Below, in pieces: positions 1 through 11,335 of a DNA stretch of 64,000 nucleotides. Origin of the DNA: Obrimoposthia wandeli (taxonomy: Eukaryota). How positions within the stretch are numbered: the stretch's first letter is position 1; each line of letters begins with the position of its first letter. The translations under genes and the position numbers were made by a program. The stretch lies in NCBI GenBank assembly GCA_977020255.1, contig CDROCS010000652.1, forward strand, positions 1 to 64,000, in the 5' to 3' direction. Below the pieces are notes generated by a model, which was not told the DNA's origin, did not search any database, and was given only the letters and a program-made list of their open reading frames with translations.

Positions 1-60
1 TTTATAATTTCATTATAAGACCCTAAATCTAACGTGACGCTCTTTCTGCCATTCTTAAAA
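1..60 (-). tRNA. trnL1: mt tRNA-Leu(UAG)
   Basis: Minus strand AATGGCAGA D-arm and TTAGA-TTTAGGG-TCTTA anticodon arm. Confidence 0.6.
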
Positions 61-94
61 TTTTGAACCTTTTGGGCCATTCCACTGAAAAATT

Positions 95-160
95 GCCAGT
101 TATTTAGAAGTCTTCAACTTCTTTTTATTTTCAAAATAAAAATGTTATTTAAAATAACAA
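95..160 (-). tRNA. trnF: mt tRNA-Phe(GAA)
   Basis: Perfect stem AGAAG-TTGAAGA-CTTCT; ends approximate. Confidence 0.65.
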
Positions 161-920
161 AGTCCAACTTCAGTTAGACTTTTACCATGTTACGATCCTT
201 ATTTTTCAAAAAAATTGACGGCGGTGTGTATTACATAAAAATTTTAATTTCAAAAATTTCAAACTAGAAAATTTTTACTTTCGAGTCCTAAAACAAAAAA
301 ATTAAATTTGAGTTAAATGAAATCTGTCTTTAAAGTAGTGAATGAGTAATAACCAGAAAACAGCACAACGATTTGTATTTAGAGTTTTTATCTTAAGACA
401 AATCCTTAGTTTAGGACAATCGTACACTAATAAATTGCTGAAGTTTTAATTAATAGGTGTAACTTCCCTTTAAACCACACTCCCCAGAAATTTTTACTTA
501 CTGCTAAATCTTTTTTTATTTTTTAAAGAAAAATAATTCAAATATAAGCATTTATTTATAGCTGAGTACCAAATTCAGGTTTAATTTGTAAGCTTTCCCC
601 CTATTATAAATTTTAACGGTAATTAAAATAATAAATTTAACCCCAATTGTATATAAACAACAATATTGAGAAATTATAATTTATATGGTTTTTCTTCTTA
701 AATAAAAACACAATTAGGACATTAATCAAGTATAACCGCAGATGCTGGCACTTTTTTTTTCTGTACCTGACAAACTTTTATACTTGTTCTTTATTAAATT
801 AAACAAAAACGCACATCTACATGAAGGTTTAGTTAAAAACCTGCTAAAACTTTTTTATTTAATTGTTTAATGTTTTATACAAAAGCTTCGGTTTTTATAA
901 AACCAAAATCAAATTTTATA
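160..920 (-). rRNA. rrnS: mt small-subunit rRNA (copy 1)
   Basis: GTGCCAGCATCTGCGGTTATAC, TACACACCGCC(C)GTCA and CGTAACATGGTAA motifs; ends set by flanking tRNAs. Confidence 0.9.
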
Positions 921-921
921 T

Positions 922-987
922 AAATTACCAATGAGAGTTTATTAAGACCATGAATCTTACAGTTTATTATAACTTAAATTCTACTTT
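922..987 (-). tRNA. trnM: mt tRNA-Met(CAU)
   Basis: Stem TAAGA-TTCATGG-TCTTA. Confidence 0.65.
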
Positions 988-991
988 TTTG

Positions 992-1055
992 TTTTCTTTT
1001 AAAAGAGTCTTTAAATTGGAAATTTAACATAATAAATATAATAAAACAAACACCC
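992..1055 (-). tRNA. trnG: mt tRNA-Gly(UCC)
   Basis: Perfect stem TTAAA-TTTCCAA-TTTAA. Confidence 0.65.
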
Positions 1056-1059
1056 TAAA

Positions 1060-1545
1060 AAAACAAACAAATCATAAAAAATAAAAACAATAATATTAAA
1101 CAAAAAACAAGTTAAATACACTACTTTTAGAGAGTTGAACCACTCAAACATGATCTATAAGAAATTAGTGTTTCTTTTCCGATGAAGTAAGAAGTCAAGA
1201 CTTTTTATAAGCTAATAGCCCATGTGGTGTGTTTTTTTCCCAAATATCGTAGTTTTTTTTAAAACCTGCCATTTTACCTGGCAAAAATTAGGGTTTTGGG
1301 GGTGTTTTTTGGCCTGCAAGCAAGGTTAACTGTAGATTTGTTTTTCTTAATAAAAATGCCTGGTAAATTATAGTCTAATATTTTGAGGAAAAAACCCATC
1401 TAAGTTTCTTCAAAACTTTACTTTTTTTTTTAATATATTAAACGGTCAAAATCTAAAATTTAAATAAACAAATTAAAATAACAACTTGTTTTATAAAATT
1501 TAATACTAAATAAACTTTAAAATCTAAAACATAAATATAACAAAT
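1060..1545. promoter_or_regulatory. Unique part of the mt non-coding/control region
   Basis: No recognisable gene; G/T runs and a GCCTGGTAA box shared with the repeat unit; repeated at ~18790-19400. Confidence 0.55.
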
Positions 1546-4500
1546 ATACAATAGTACAAATATTTTAACCCATAATAAAACTAAAAACTAGTAAACCCCC
1601 CCACCCGCTAGATAGTTTTGGTGAATAAATAGTAAATACAAAAGTTTAACCCTTTGTGGTGTTTACCAGGCCTTTTACTTAGAATTTTTTTAGTCAGTTT
1701 TTGACCCTTTTACCAACCCTTTCAATAGTAAAGAATTTTAATAAAAAAAATTTGTATAAATTTAGGCACTAAAAATTAGAAATTACCAGGCTTAAATAAA
1801 GAATAAAAAAAATAAACACTTCTCTATATAAAGGGGTTTTTTTTCCCCATAATATACCGCAAGAATTAAAACTAACAACCTTTCATAAAAACAAAACCCA
1901 TATTCCAAACAAACTAGGTGTGATGCACACAAGTTTTATTAAAACACTATACAATAGTACAAATATTTTAACCCATAATAAAACTAAAAACTAGTAAACC
2001 CCCAACCCACTAAAAAGGTTTGGTGAATAAATAGTAAATACAAAAGTTTAACCCTTTGTGGTGTTTACCAGGCCTTTTACTTAGAATTTTTTTAGTCAGT
2101 TTTTGACCCTTTTACCAACCCTTTCAATAGTAAAGAATTTTAATAAAAAAAATTTGTATAAATTTAGGCACTAAAAATTAGAAATTACCAGGCTTAAATA
2201 AAGAATAAAAAAAAATAAACACTTCTCTATATAAAGGGGTTTTTTTTTCCCCATAATATACCGCAAGAATTAAAACTAACAACCTTTCATAAAAACAAAA
2301 CCCATATTCCAAACAAACTAGGTGTGATGCACACAAGTTTTATTAAAACACTATACAATAGTACAAATATTTTAACCCATAATAAAACTAAAAACTAGTA
2401 AACCCCCAACCCACTAAAAAGGTTTGGTGAATAAATAGTAAATACAAAAGTTTAACCCTTTGTGGTGTTTACCAGGCCTTTTACTTAGAATTTTTTTAGT
2501 CAGTTTTTGACCCTTTTACCAACCCTTTCAATAGTAAAGAATTTTAATAAAAAAAATTTGTATAAATTTAGGCACTAAAAATTAGAAATTACCAGGCTTA
2601 AATAAAGAATAAAAAAAATAAACACTTCTCTATATAAAGGGGTTTTTTTTTCCCCATAATATACCGCAAGAATTAAAACTAACAACCTTTCATAAAAACA
2701 AAACCCATATTCCAAACAAACTAGGTGTGATGCACACAAGTTTTATTAAAACACTATACAATAGTACAAATATTTTAACCCATAATAAAACTAAAAACTA
2801 GTAAACCCCCAACCCACTAAAAAGGTTTGGTGAATAAATAGTAAATAAAAAAGTTTAACCCTTTGTGGTGTTTACCAGGCCTTTTACTTAGAATTTTTTT
2901 AGTCAGTTTTTGACCCTTTTACCAACCCTTTCAATAGTAAAGAATTTTAATAAAAAAAATTTGTATAAATTTAGGCACTAAAAATTAGAAATTACCAGGC
3001 TTAAATAAAGAATAAAAAAATAAACACTTCTCTATATAAAGGGGTTTTTTTTTCCCCATAATATACCGCAAGAATTAAAACTAACAACCTTTCATAAAAA
3101 CAAAACCCATATTCCAAACAAACTAGGTGTGATGCACACAAGTTTTATTAAAACACTATACAATAGTACAAATATTTTAACCCATAATAAAACTAAAAAC
3201 TAGTAAACCCCCAACCCACTAAAAAGGTTTGGTGAATAAATAGTAAATACAAAAGTTTAACCCTTTGTGGTGTTTACCAGGCCTTTTACTTAGAATTTTT
3301 TTAGTCAGTTTTTGACCCTTTTACCAACCCTTTCAATAGTAAAGAATTTTAATAAAAAAAATTTGTATAAATTTAGGCACTAAAAATTAGAAATTACCAG
3401 GCTTAAATAAAGAATAAAAAAAATAAACACTTCTCTATATAAAGGGGTTTTTTTTTCCCCATAATATACCGCAAGAATTAAAACTAACAACCTTTCATAA
3501 AAACAAAACCCATATTCCAAACAAACTAGGTGTGATGCACACAAGTTTTATTAAAACACTATACAATAGTACAAATATTTTAACCCATAATAAAACTAAA
3601 AACTAGTAAACCCCCAAACCCACTAAAAAGGTTTGGTGAATAAATAGTAAATACAAAAGTTTAACCCTTTGTGGTGTTTACCAGGCCTTTTACTTAGAAT
3701 TTTTTTAGTCAGTTTTTGACCCTTTTACCAACCCTTTCAATAGTAAAGAATTTTAATAAAAAAAATTTGTATAAATTTAGGCACTAAAAATTAGAAATTA
3801 CCAGGCTTAAATAAAGAATAAAAAAAATAAACACTTCTCTATATAAAGGGGTTTTTTTTTTCCCCATAATATACCGCAAGAATTAAAACTAACAACCTTT
3901 CATAAAAACAAAACCCATATTCCAAACAAACTAGGTGTGATGCACACAAGTTTTATTAAAACACTATACAATAGTACAAATATTTTAACCCATAATAAAA
4001 CTAAAAACTAGTAAACCCCCAACCCACTAAAAAGGTTTGGTGAATAAATAGTAAATACAAAAGTTTAACCCTTTGTGGTGTTTACCAGGCCTTTTACTTA
4101 GAATTTTTTTAGTCAGTTTTTGACCCTTTTACCAACCCTTTCAATAGTAAAGAATTTTAATAAAAAAAATTTGTATAAATTTAGGCACTAAAAATTAGAA
4201 ATTACCAGGCTTAAATAAAGAATAAAAAAAATAAACACTTCTCTATATAAAGGGGTTTTTTTTTCCCCATAATATACCGCAAGAATTAAAACTAACAACC
4301 TTTCATAAAAACAAAACCCATATTCCAAACAAACTAGGTGTGATGCACACAAGTTTTATTAAAACACTATACAATAGTACAAATATTTTAACCCATAATA
4401 AAACTAAAAACTAGTAAACCCCCAACCCACTAAAAAGGTTTGGTGAATAAATAGTAAATAAAAAAGTTTAACCCTTTGTGGTGTTTACCAGGCCTTTTAC

Positions 4501-4670
4501 TTAGAATTTTTTTAGTCAGTTTTTGACCCTTTTACCAACCCTTTCAATAGTAAAGAATTTTAATAAAAAAAATTTGTATAAATTTAGGCACTAAAAATTA
4601 GAAATTACCAGGCTTAAATAAAGAATAAAAAAAAATAAACACTTCTCTATATAAAGGGGTTTTTTTTTTC
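1545..4670. repeat. Tandem array of a ~403-bp control-region unit, about 7.7 copies
   Basis: CCCCATAATATACC recurs at 1845, 2249, 2652, 3054, 3457, 3862 and 4265. Confidence 0.97.
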
Positions 4671-5552
4671 CTAGAATCACCACGAGAATAAAACCAAGAA
4701 TCTTCAATAAAAAAATAAACCCATGTTTCACCAAGAAGGGTTTGTTTTAACAATATATTTGAAATTGACCAGTATTCGGCAATAATAAAAAGACCTAACC
4801 AATAAAAATAAAAAAACAAAGAAAATACAACTATTGAGCAATAAAGCATTAACCCTAGACAGACTTAAAAAAAAAACTGACTTTAAACTAAAACCTAGAA
4901 ATGGGGGGAAACCCCCCAAAGAGAATAACAACAACAGTTTAAATATGTTGTTGTTTTCAACACTAACCATAAATAATAAAAAAGAGTAAATAATAAAATA
5001 AACAAGAGCTGTTATAAAAGAAACAAAAACCCCCAAAAATAAAACCAATCTTACTACAGAAACAGAGGACCAACCCAAAAAAACAATAAAGCGGTTTCTG
5101 CTTTTATTCATTTCAATTAAAGAAATAAAATAAGACAAAAAAAAAACCAAAAAAAAAAAAACTTTATGCAAACCCCCAGAATGAATGCAAATAAATATTG
5201 GAACAACCTTTTGAACCACTTTTATCAAAAAAAAACCATACCACTTCAATTTACTTAAAACACTGATTAACCACCAAGGGAATGGGAAAAACCCCATCTT
5301 TAAAAACAAGCCTAGAACAAAAAGAATATATATTTGACTAATAATAGATAGGTATAGAAAAAGAGAACTTAATATTTTAACAACAAAATAGCTTATTATT
5401 TGTGGGTTTGCGTGGTTATCTTTTCAAAACAATATTAATACTAACACACAATATAGTTTTAATTCCAAAGATAAACACAGCCACAAAAATTTATGAGATC
5501 TTATACACATAAACAGAGAGACTAAAGAAAAAAAATAAACTAGTGAAACCAT
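4671..5552 (-). CDS. nad2: NADH dehydrogenase subunit 2
   Basis: Open from ATG 5552 to TAG 4671 with TGA=Trp; KMGFFPFPWW and LGGFPPFLGF motifs. Confidence 0.88.
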
Positions 5553-5881
5553 TTGAGTAACCCTCGCCGAAGCTCCTCTAAAACACCAAGCACCAATATT
5601 AAAAAGAACAAAGCATACGGTAACATTTTTTTAAAATAAAAAAAACTACTATCATAAGGTAGTTGTAAAAGTAAGCAAATCTCAAGATCAAAAACAACAA
5701 AAATAATTAAAATAGAAAAAAAACGCAATGAAAACGGTAGCCGAGCCTTATCCTTAGAATCAAAACCACACTCAAAAGAACTTAAAGACTCTCGGTATTT
5801 TTTAAAATTATTAACCCAATAAACCCAAACAGTAAGAATAAAAAAAAAAACAATCAAAAAACCAAAAAAAAGATTAAGCAA
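5540..5881 (-). CDS. nad3: NADH dehydrogenase subunit 3
   Basis: SSFECGFD...PFSLRFF...FDLEI motif. Confidence 0.95.
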   Translation of the reverse strand: MLNLFFGFLIVFFFILTVWVYWVNNFKKYRESLSSFECGFDSKDKARLPFSLRFFSILIIFVVFDLEICLLLQLPYDSSFFYFKKMLPYALFFLILVLGVLEELRRGLLKWFH

Positions 5882-6500
5882 TATTTAAATTGATAGGCAT
5901 AAAAGAATGATTAGCCCCACAAATCTCAGAACATTGTCCATAAAAAGAACCATAATTATTTAAAGAAAAAAAAGATTGTTTTAAACGGCCTGGAACCCCA
6001 TCTAACTTTACCCCTAACTGGGGGATAGCAAAACTGTGTATCACATCTTTAGAACCAACTAATAAACGAACCAGAGAACCATCAAAAGGAAGGTTAATAG
6101 ATTTATCAACCCCCAAATTAACCAAAGAACTAACATTAGACATATAAGAATCATACTCTAAAGTTCTATCAGAAGAAATAACCCCATAACCCCAATACCA
6201 CTGGTAACCTGTACACTTAAGAGTAAAAACTGGATTTTCAATCCTGGGAAAATCAGTTAAATACAATAAGCGTAAACTGGGAATAGCCAATCTTAAAAGA
6301 ATAATACCAGGAAGAACTGTTCAAACAACCTCTACCCCCCTATCCTCAATATAATCTAAATAAAAATAACTTATAAAAAAATAAGCAACAATTAAAACTA
6401 AAACAAGAAAAGCAATTAAAACAACAACAAACATACCATGGTCATGAAAACTATCTATATAACCCATAACAGAACTAACACCTTTTAATAACACAACCAC
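5874..6500 (-). CDS. cox2: Cytochrome c oxidase subunit 2
   Basis: FHDH, GYQWYW, DVIHSF and CSEICGANHSFMP; start (GTG) uncertain. Confidence 0.96.
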
Positions 6501-6555
6501 CCCTTATAAAAATAAACTGTTTTTAAAATAAATAAAAACAAAAACCAAGGGTGGT

Positions 6556-7653
6556 TTAATAACTCTTTAAATTATAGTGGTAGTTTAAATAAACAATATA
6601 AAAATATAAAAAAAAAAAGAAAGAAGATATCTGACCAATTGTAACATATGGTGGTTCTACTGGCTTTGCCCCAATTCACATTAAAATAAAAAATTTAACA
6701 ACCCAAACTAAAAAAACCACCTGGTGAAAATATTTATATTGAAAGCCAACAAATAAATGTGAAAACCTAATAAGAGGTAATAAAAAATAAACTAAAACAA
6801 AAAAAACCAAAGCAATAACACCACCTAGCTTTTTTGGAATTGAGCGTAAAATAGCATATGCAGGTAAAAAATACCACTCGGGTTGTATGTGTACCGGGGT
6901 TGAAAGAGGTTTAGCAAGTAAAAAGTTAGCCTCATCCATAAATAAATAAGGAAAATAACAAACCAAAATAAGACCAACAATAAAAAAAATAAAAAAACCA
7001 AAAAAATCCTTAAACCTAAACCATTTATGAAAAAAAACCTTATCCCCAGAAGAACTAACACCCAGTGGGTTATTAGACCCCTTGTCGTGTAATAAAATTA
7101 CATGAACTAGTACAAAAAATAAAATTACAAAAGGAAGCAGAAAATGCAATCTAAAAAAACGATTTATAGTAACCAAACTAACTGAATAACCACCCCACAA
7201 CCATAAAACAATCTCACCACCTACATATGGAAGAGCAGAAAATAAATTAGTAATAACTGTTGCACCCCAGTATGACATTTTACCCCAAGGAAGAACATAA
7301 CCTAAAAAAGCAACAGCCATTGAAAGAACAAAAATTACACACCCAACCAGCCAAACTAAGTTTCTACGAATAAAAGAAAAATAATAAATACCGCGGAACA
7401 TGTGTAAATATAAAAAAACAAAAAAAAATGTTGCACCTTTACAGTGAATAAAACGAAAAAACCACCCATTTGATAAATCCCGCATAATAAAATCAACAGT
7501 CGAAAAAGGATCCCTAACAGAAAAAAACAAAGTTAGTAACAAACCAGAAACAATTTGAACAGCTAAAAATAAACCCAATAAACTCCCAAACCTTCAAAAA
7601 TAAGAAATATTCTTAGGAGACGGTAGTTGTAAAAAAGCATTAACTATAGTTAT
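6556..7653 (-). CDS. cob: Cytochrome b
   Basis: [10 protein letters not shown] and PEWYF; reads through TGA to TAA at 6556; start uncertain. Confidence 0.97.
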
Positions 7654-7659
7654 TTAAAA

Positions 7660-7725
7660 CAGTTTTAAAGAAAAAACTTCTTTTGGTTAACAGCCAAATA
7701 TTAAAATATAAACTATGTTTTATTA
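7660..7725 (-). tRNA. trnN: mt tRNA-Asn(GUU)
   Basis: Perfect stem TTTGG-CTGTTAA-CCAAA. Confidence 0.7.
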
Positions 7726-7772
7726 AAACACACAACCCAAAATAAAACGAACCTCTTTTTTTTTTAGTTTGT

Positions 7773-9371
7773 TTAAACTAATAAAAATAAGAAAAAAACA
7801 ACCAAAAAAAAACAAATGTACCTGAACCAGTTTAAACCCATAAAAACAAAAGAAAAAGAATTGTTTAAACCCCCAATAAAACTAGGAAAAAACAATACTT
7901 GATCAAAATATAAATAAAAAAACCACCCAAGATTAAACAAACGGTTAAAAAATCTTTTAAAAAAACCTAAAAAGAACAACTCTGAAAAATAAAAATTAGA
8001 AAATTTTTTTGTAGAAAAAAAAATACCAAAAAATATCAACACCAAAATATTAAACGCCATATTAAATGATAAATTAATAAAATAATTTAAATGGTTGGTT
8101 AAAACTAAAGAAACAAAAAAACAGCCCAAATACAGAGGTAAAAAAAGAAAGACTGAAAATTTAATAGGGCATCTAACAACCGAATTGTTATTTAAAAAAG
8201 ATAGCAACAGGACATTTACTAAACGAAAAGAATAAATAATAGTTACTACTATGGAACCAAATAATAAAACATCATAAAAAATTTTTATTGGTATTTTGTT
8301 AAGAGAAAAAACAAAAGAATCCTTTAATATATAGCCCGATAACACAGGAAAACCAGAAAGGGTTAAAACAGAAACAATTAAGTTTATCTTAACAATTGGT
8401 GTTACAACCACAGAACCCAAAGAACGTAAATCTTGGTTGTGAAAAACATTTAGCATATAACAACCAACAGATATAAACATAAGAGCCTTAAAAACAGCAT
8501 GGGTTAGCAAATAAAAAAAAAATAAATTATAAAAACCAGAGCTAAAAATTAAAAGCATAAACCCAAGTTGCCTCAAAGTAGAATAGGCCACAACCTTCTT
8601 TGAATCAAATTCAAAAAACCCGCAAATACCAGCATAAAACATAGTTATAAAAGCTAATAAAGATAAAAACCACCCAAACCCTTCAACTAAGTATTTTAAA
8701 CGAAACAAAACAAACAACCCGGCAGTTACAAGTGTAGAAGAGTGAACTAAAGAAGATACTGGTGTGGGAGCTGCCATAGCCAAAGGTAGCCAACTACTAA
8801 AAGGAAAAATAGCACTCTTAGTAAACCTAGCAAAAATAAAAACAAACCTAACAACAAACAAGTAATCTATAGTAAGAAATTTCAAAGAACCTTGTTTAAA
8901 TAACAAACAAATACCAAGTAAAAACAAAGCATCCCCAAAACGATTCACTAAAAAAGTCTTCATACCAGAAAAAAAAGACCTGTTTCTTCTATACCAGATA
9001 ACCAAAATAAACCTGGTAAAACCCAAACCATCCCAACCAACTATAAAACTAAAAAAATCTGGAAAAACAACCAAAAAAACCATAGAAACTACAAAAAGTT
9101 TAAGAACAACGCTAAAATTTTTATCTTTTTTTATATAATAATAAACAAAAAAAAAAACACTGGAAACAATTAAAAACAAAATCTGAAGAAAAGAAATCCT
9201 AAAAAAATCAAAAAACAACCAAATCTTAAAAAATTTTAGTTTAAATATAGGAGATATTTCAAAAGAACTAAAAAAAAAACCAAAAAACCTTAAAACAATA
9301 GACAAAAAAAAATAAAAAAAAGAAAAAAATAAGTTTATAAAATAAAGAAAGCCAACAAAAACCCCCAACAA
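7773..9371 (-). CDS. nad5: NADH dehydrogenase subunit 5
   Basis: GWDGLG, WLPLAMAAPTPVSSLVHSSTLVTAG and THAVFKALMF. Confidence 0.97.
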   Translation of the reverse strand: MLGVFVGFLYFINLFFSFFYFFLSIVLRFFGFFFSSFEISPIFKLKFFKIWLFFDFFRISFLQILFLIVSSVFFFVYYYIKKDKNFSVVLKLFVVSMVFLVVFPDFFSFIVGWDGLGFTRFILVIWYRRNRSFFSGMKTFLVNRFGDALFLLGICLLFKQGSLKFLTIDYLFVVRFVFIFARFTKSAIFPFSSWLPLAMAAPTPVSSLVHSSTLVTAGLFVLFRLKYLVEGFGWFLSLLAFITMFYAGICGFFEFDSKKVVAYSTLRQLGFMLLIFSSGFYNLFFFYLLTHAVFKALMFISVGCYMLNVFHNQDLRSLGSVVVTPIVKINLIVSVLTLSGFPVLSGYILKDSFVFSLNKIPIKIFYDVLLFGSIVVTIIYSFRLVNVLLLSFLNNNSVVRCPIKFSVFLFLPLYLGCFFVSLVLTNHLNYFINLSFNMAFNILVLIFFGIFFSTKKFSNFYFSELFFLGFFKRFFNRLFNLGWFFYLYFDQVLFFPSFIGGLNNSFSFVFMGLNWFRYICFFLVVFFLFLLV

Positions 9372-9430
9372 CTTTAATTTAAAAAAAAGCTTTTTAGTTT
9401 ATTACCTTTTTAATTTAATATAAAACTTTT

Positions 9431-9910
9431 TTAAAACTTTAAAGGGCGTAAAGCACCTTTAGTTCTAGATAGTAAAATTTTTATAATAAATAGAATAAAA
9501 AGTATATAAACACCCAAAAACACCAAAAATTTTGACTCCCCCAAACCACTAAAAAATTTAATAGAAAAAGAAGACTCCCAGAAAAAGAAAGAGAATTTTA
9601 AATAAAGACCAAAAAAAAAAAACCTAAAACCTAAAAAAAACTCAAAAACTCAAAATAATGTGGTAGTGTTATTCAAAAACAAGGAAGGGTTAGAGTTAAG
9701 ACCTAAGAAATATAAAAAAAGAACCAATAAACCACCAATATAAAGAAGGAAAAAAACAATTCTAAACCAAAAGTTTTTTTTTAATAGCATAACAAAAAAA
9801 ACATTTAAGGCTAGACAAAAAAAAATAAAACCTAAAAAAAAAGTTTTTAAATTTTTTAATAAAAAAAAAATTAAGCCTAAAAAAATAAAAAACAGGATAG
9901 TTATAACCAA
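9431..9910 (-). CDS. nad6: NADH dehydrogenase subunit 6
   Basis: LYIGGLLVLFLY and C-terminal GALRP; reads through TGA at 9650. Confidence 0.88.
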
Positions 9911-9918
9911 ATAAAATT

Positions 9919-10551
9919 TTAATTTACATACTGGTCAACAAGCATACTAAAAACAATTGCTTGCAAAAAACCAACAGCTAGTTCAAATAAATAATAAAAT
10001 ATTAAAAAAATAAAAACTAAAGAGCTTGACATAAAAAACACACCAACCCTTATAAGAGACAAAAAAACATGGCCTGCAGCAATTTTAACAGTTAAACGTA
10101 AAGCAAGAGTAACAGGTCGAATAAAAACACTTATAACTTCAATATAATTCAAAAAGTTAACCAAAGCAAATGGGGAACCCATCGGAGTAAAATGACCAAC
10201 TAGGTTGTTAAAATCTACAACCAAAGAATAAGCCAGTATCAGACCCCAAAAAAAAACCCCCACTAGAATGTTAAACAGAATGTGCCTAGTAACCCTGAAA
10301 GAAAAGGGGATTAGACCAAAAATATTACTAACTAGTAACAGGAAAAAAGAAACAAAAATAAAAAAAAATAAACCTTTTTGTAGTGGGTAGTTTCTAAAAA
10401 CCTTACTGCAAAATTTAATAAAAAAATTTAAAGGTTGGAAATAAAATAAACTAGAAAGTAAAAATAAAACCAAAAAGAAAACAACAAACCATGAAACAAA
10501 CAAACTAGAAAAAAATAAAACACACGAGTTATAATCAAACATAGAAAACAA
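9919..10551 (-). CDS. atp6: ATP synthase F0 subunit 6
   Basis: HFTPMGSP, IRPVTLALRL, AGH and LQAIVF. Confidence 0.93.
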   Translation of the reverse strand: MFSMFDYNSCVLFFSSLFVSWFVVFFLVLFLLSSLFYFQPLNFFIKFCSKVFRNYPLQKGLFFFIFVSFFLLLVSNIFGLIPFSFRVTRHILFNILVGVFFWGLILAYSLVVDFNNLVGHFTPMGSPFALVNFLNYIEVISVFIRPVTLALRLTVKIAAGHVFLSLIRVGVFFMSSSLVFIFLIFYYLFELAVGFLQAIVFSMLVDQYVN

Positions 10552-10566
10552 ATCTAATAGAATTTT

Positions 10567-10632
10567 ATAAAGATGGTAATGAAAAAACTTTTACCGAACT
10601 ATAAGTTAGAAGCTTATACAAAAATCTTTACT
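10567..10632 (-). tRNA. trnS1: mt tRNA-Ser(UCU), D-armless
   Basis: Acceptor AAAGAT/ATCTTT, anticodon arm ATAAG-CTTCTAA-CTTAT, T-arm GGTAA/TTACC. Confidence 0.7.
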
Positions 10633-10639
10633 AAAAACC

Positions 10640-10705
10640 TCCACAAGACAAAGAGAATCGAAGATCCCCAAAACCCACATTTTTATTAAAATATTTCTAG
10701 AAACC
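10640..10705 (-). tRNA. trnP: Possible mt tRNA-Pro(UGG)
   Basis: TGGGT-TTTGGGG-ATCTT stem with wobble pairs; weak. Confidence 0.35.
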
Positions 10706-10737
10706 CCAACACCCCCTTCTAAATTTTTCAAGAAATT

Positions 10738-10800
10738 AAAAAAAAATTTATATTAGAATCTTAAATTCTAAACATTTATCTGACACATGAAAAACATTAA
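10738..10800 (-). tRNA. trnL2: mt tRNA-Leu(UAA)
   Basis: Perfect stem TAGAA-TTTAAGA-TTCTA. Confidence 0.65.
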
Positions 10801-10897
10801 TTGTTGAGGGGGGTTAATTTTATAAAAACTGTGGAATAAAAACCCCACATCTATTGAAAGACAAACAATTATTTTATTATAAACTAAGTTTTTTTTT

Positions 10898-11056
10898 TTA
10901 ACAAAACAAAATAAAAATATTTAAGAAAATAAATATTAAAATAAATTCTCAAACCAACCCCATAAATAAATCATAACGGTAGCGTGGGAAAGCACAACGA
11001 ACCACAATAAAAAATAAAGCAAAAAAAACAGATAAGCCAATTAAAAAAATAAGAAA
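10898..11056 (-). CDS. nad1: C-terminal piece of NADH dehydrogenase subunit 1 (nad1b), about 52 aa
   Basis: FLIFLIGLSVFFALFFIVVRCAFPRYRYDLFMGLVWEFILIFIFLNIFILFC*. This carries the ND1 hallmark R..xPRxRYD.LM..xW that is missing from the main nad1 ORF. Confidence 0.88.
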
Positions 11057-11112
11057 TTAGGGTTTTAGTGTTTAAAAAAAAACTAAAACCTTAAATTCTC
11101 AGAAACTAACCT

Positions 11113-11178
11113 AAAACAAGCTATAATAAATTTTGAAAATTTATAGTTTTTTTTTTAACTTAAGCCTCTAAAAACTTT
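11113..11178 (-). tRNA. trnW: mt tRNA-Trp(UCA)
   Basis: Perfect stem TAAAT-TTTCAAA-ATTTA. Confidence 0.6.
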
Positions 11179-11335
11179 TTAAACCCTTTTTTTTTCTAAA
11201 AAAATATTTTCAACGCAAATGAAGAAGTTTAAAAAAATTTTAACTTAAAAAGAGAAAAACATTAATATGGAAAAGAAAAATCTTTTAAGATTTACTATAT
11301 CGGAGTAACCTACAAATCGCAGTCCTCATATTTTA

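Noticed and set aside
1011-1151. 46-aa hydrophobic ORF as a candidate atp8
   Set aside because: It has no MPQ-like start and overlaps trnG. The second copy has ATT instead of ATG and frame-breaking indels.
1545-4670. CRISPR-like regular array
   Set aside because: Units are ~403 bp and identical throughout with no unique spacers, and they sit in a mitochondrial control region. It is a VNTR.
4598-4849. Alternative-frame ORFs overlapping nad2 and cob (also 6825-7061 and 25483-25719)
   Set aside because: These are expected by chance in T-rich, stop-poor sequence and have no motifs.
11180-11335. Further tRNAs (A, D, E, I, K, Q, S2, T, Y) here and at 10830-10895, 13950-14040 and 17660-17730
   Set aside because: Only imperfect anticodon stems could be drawn by eye; covariance-model searches are needed.
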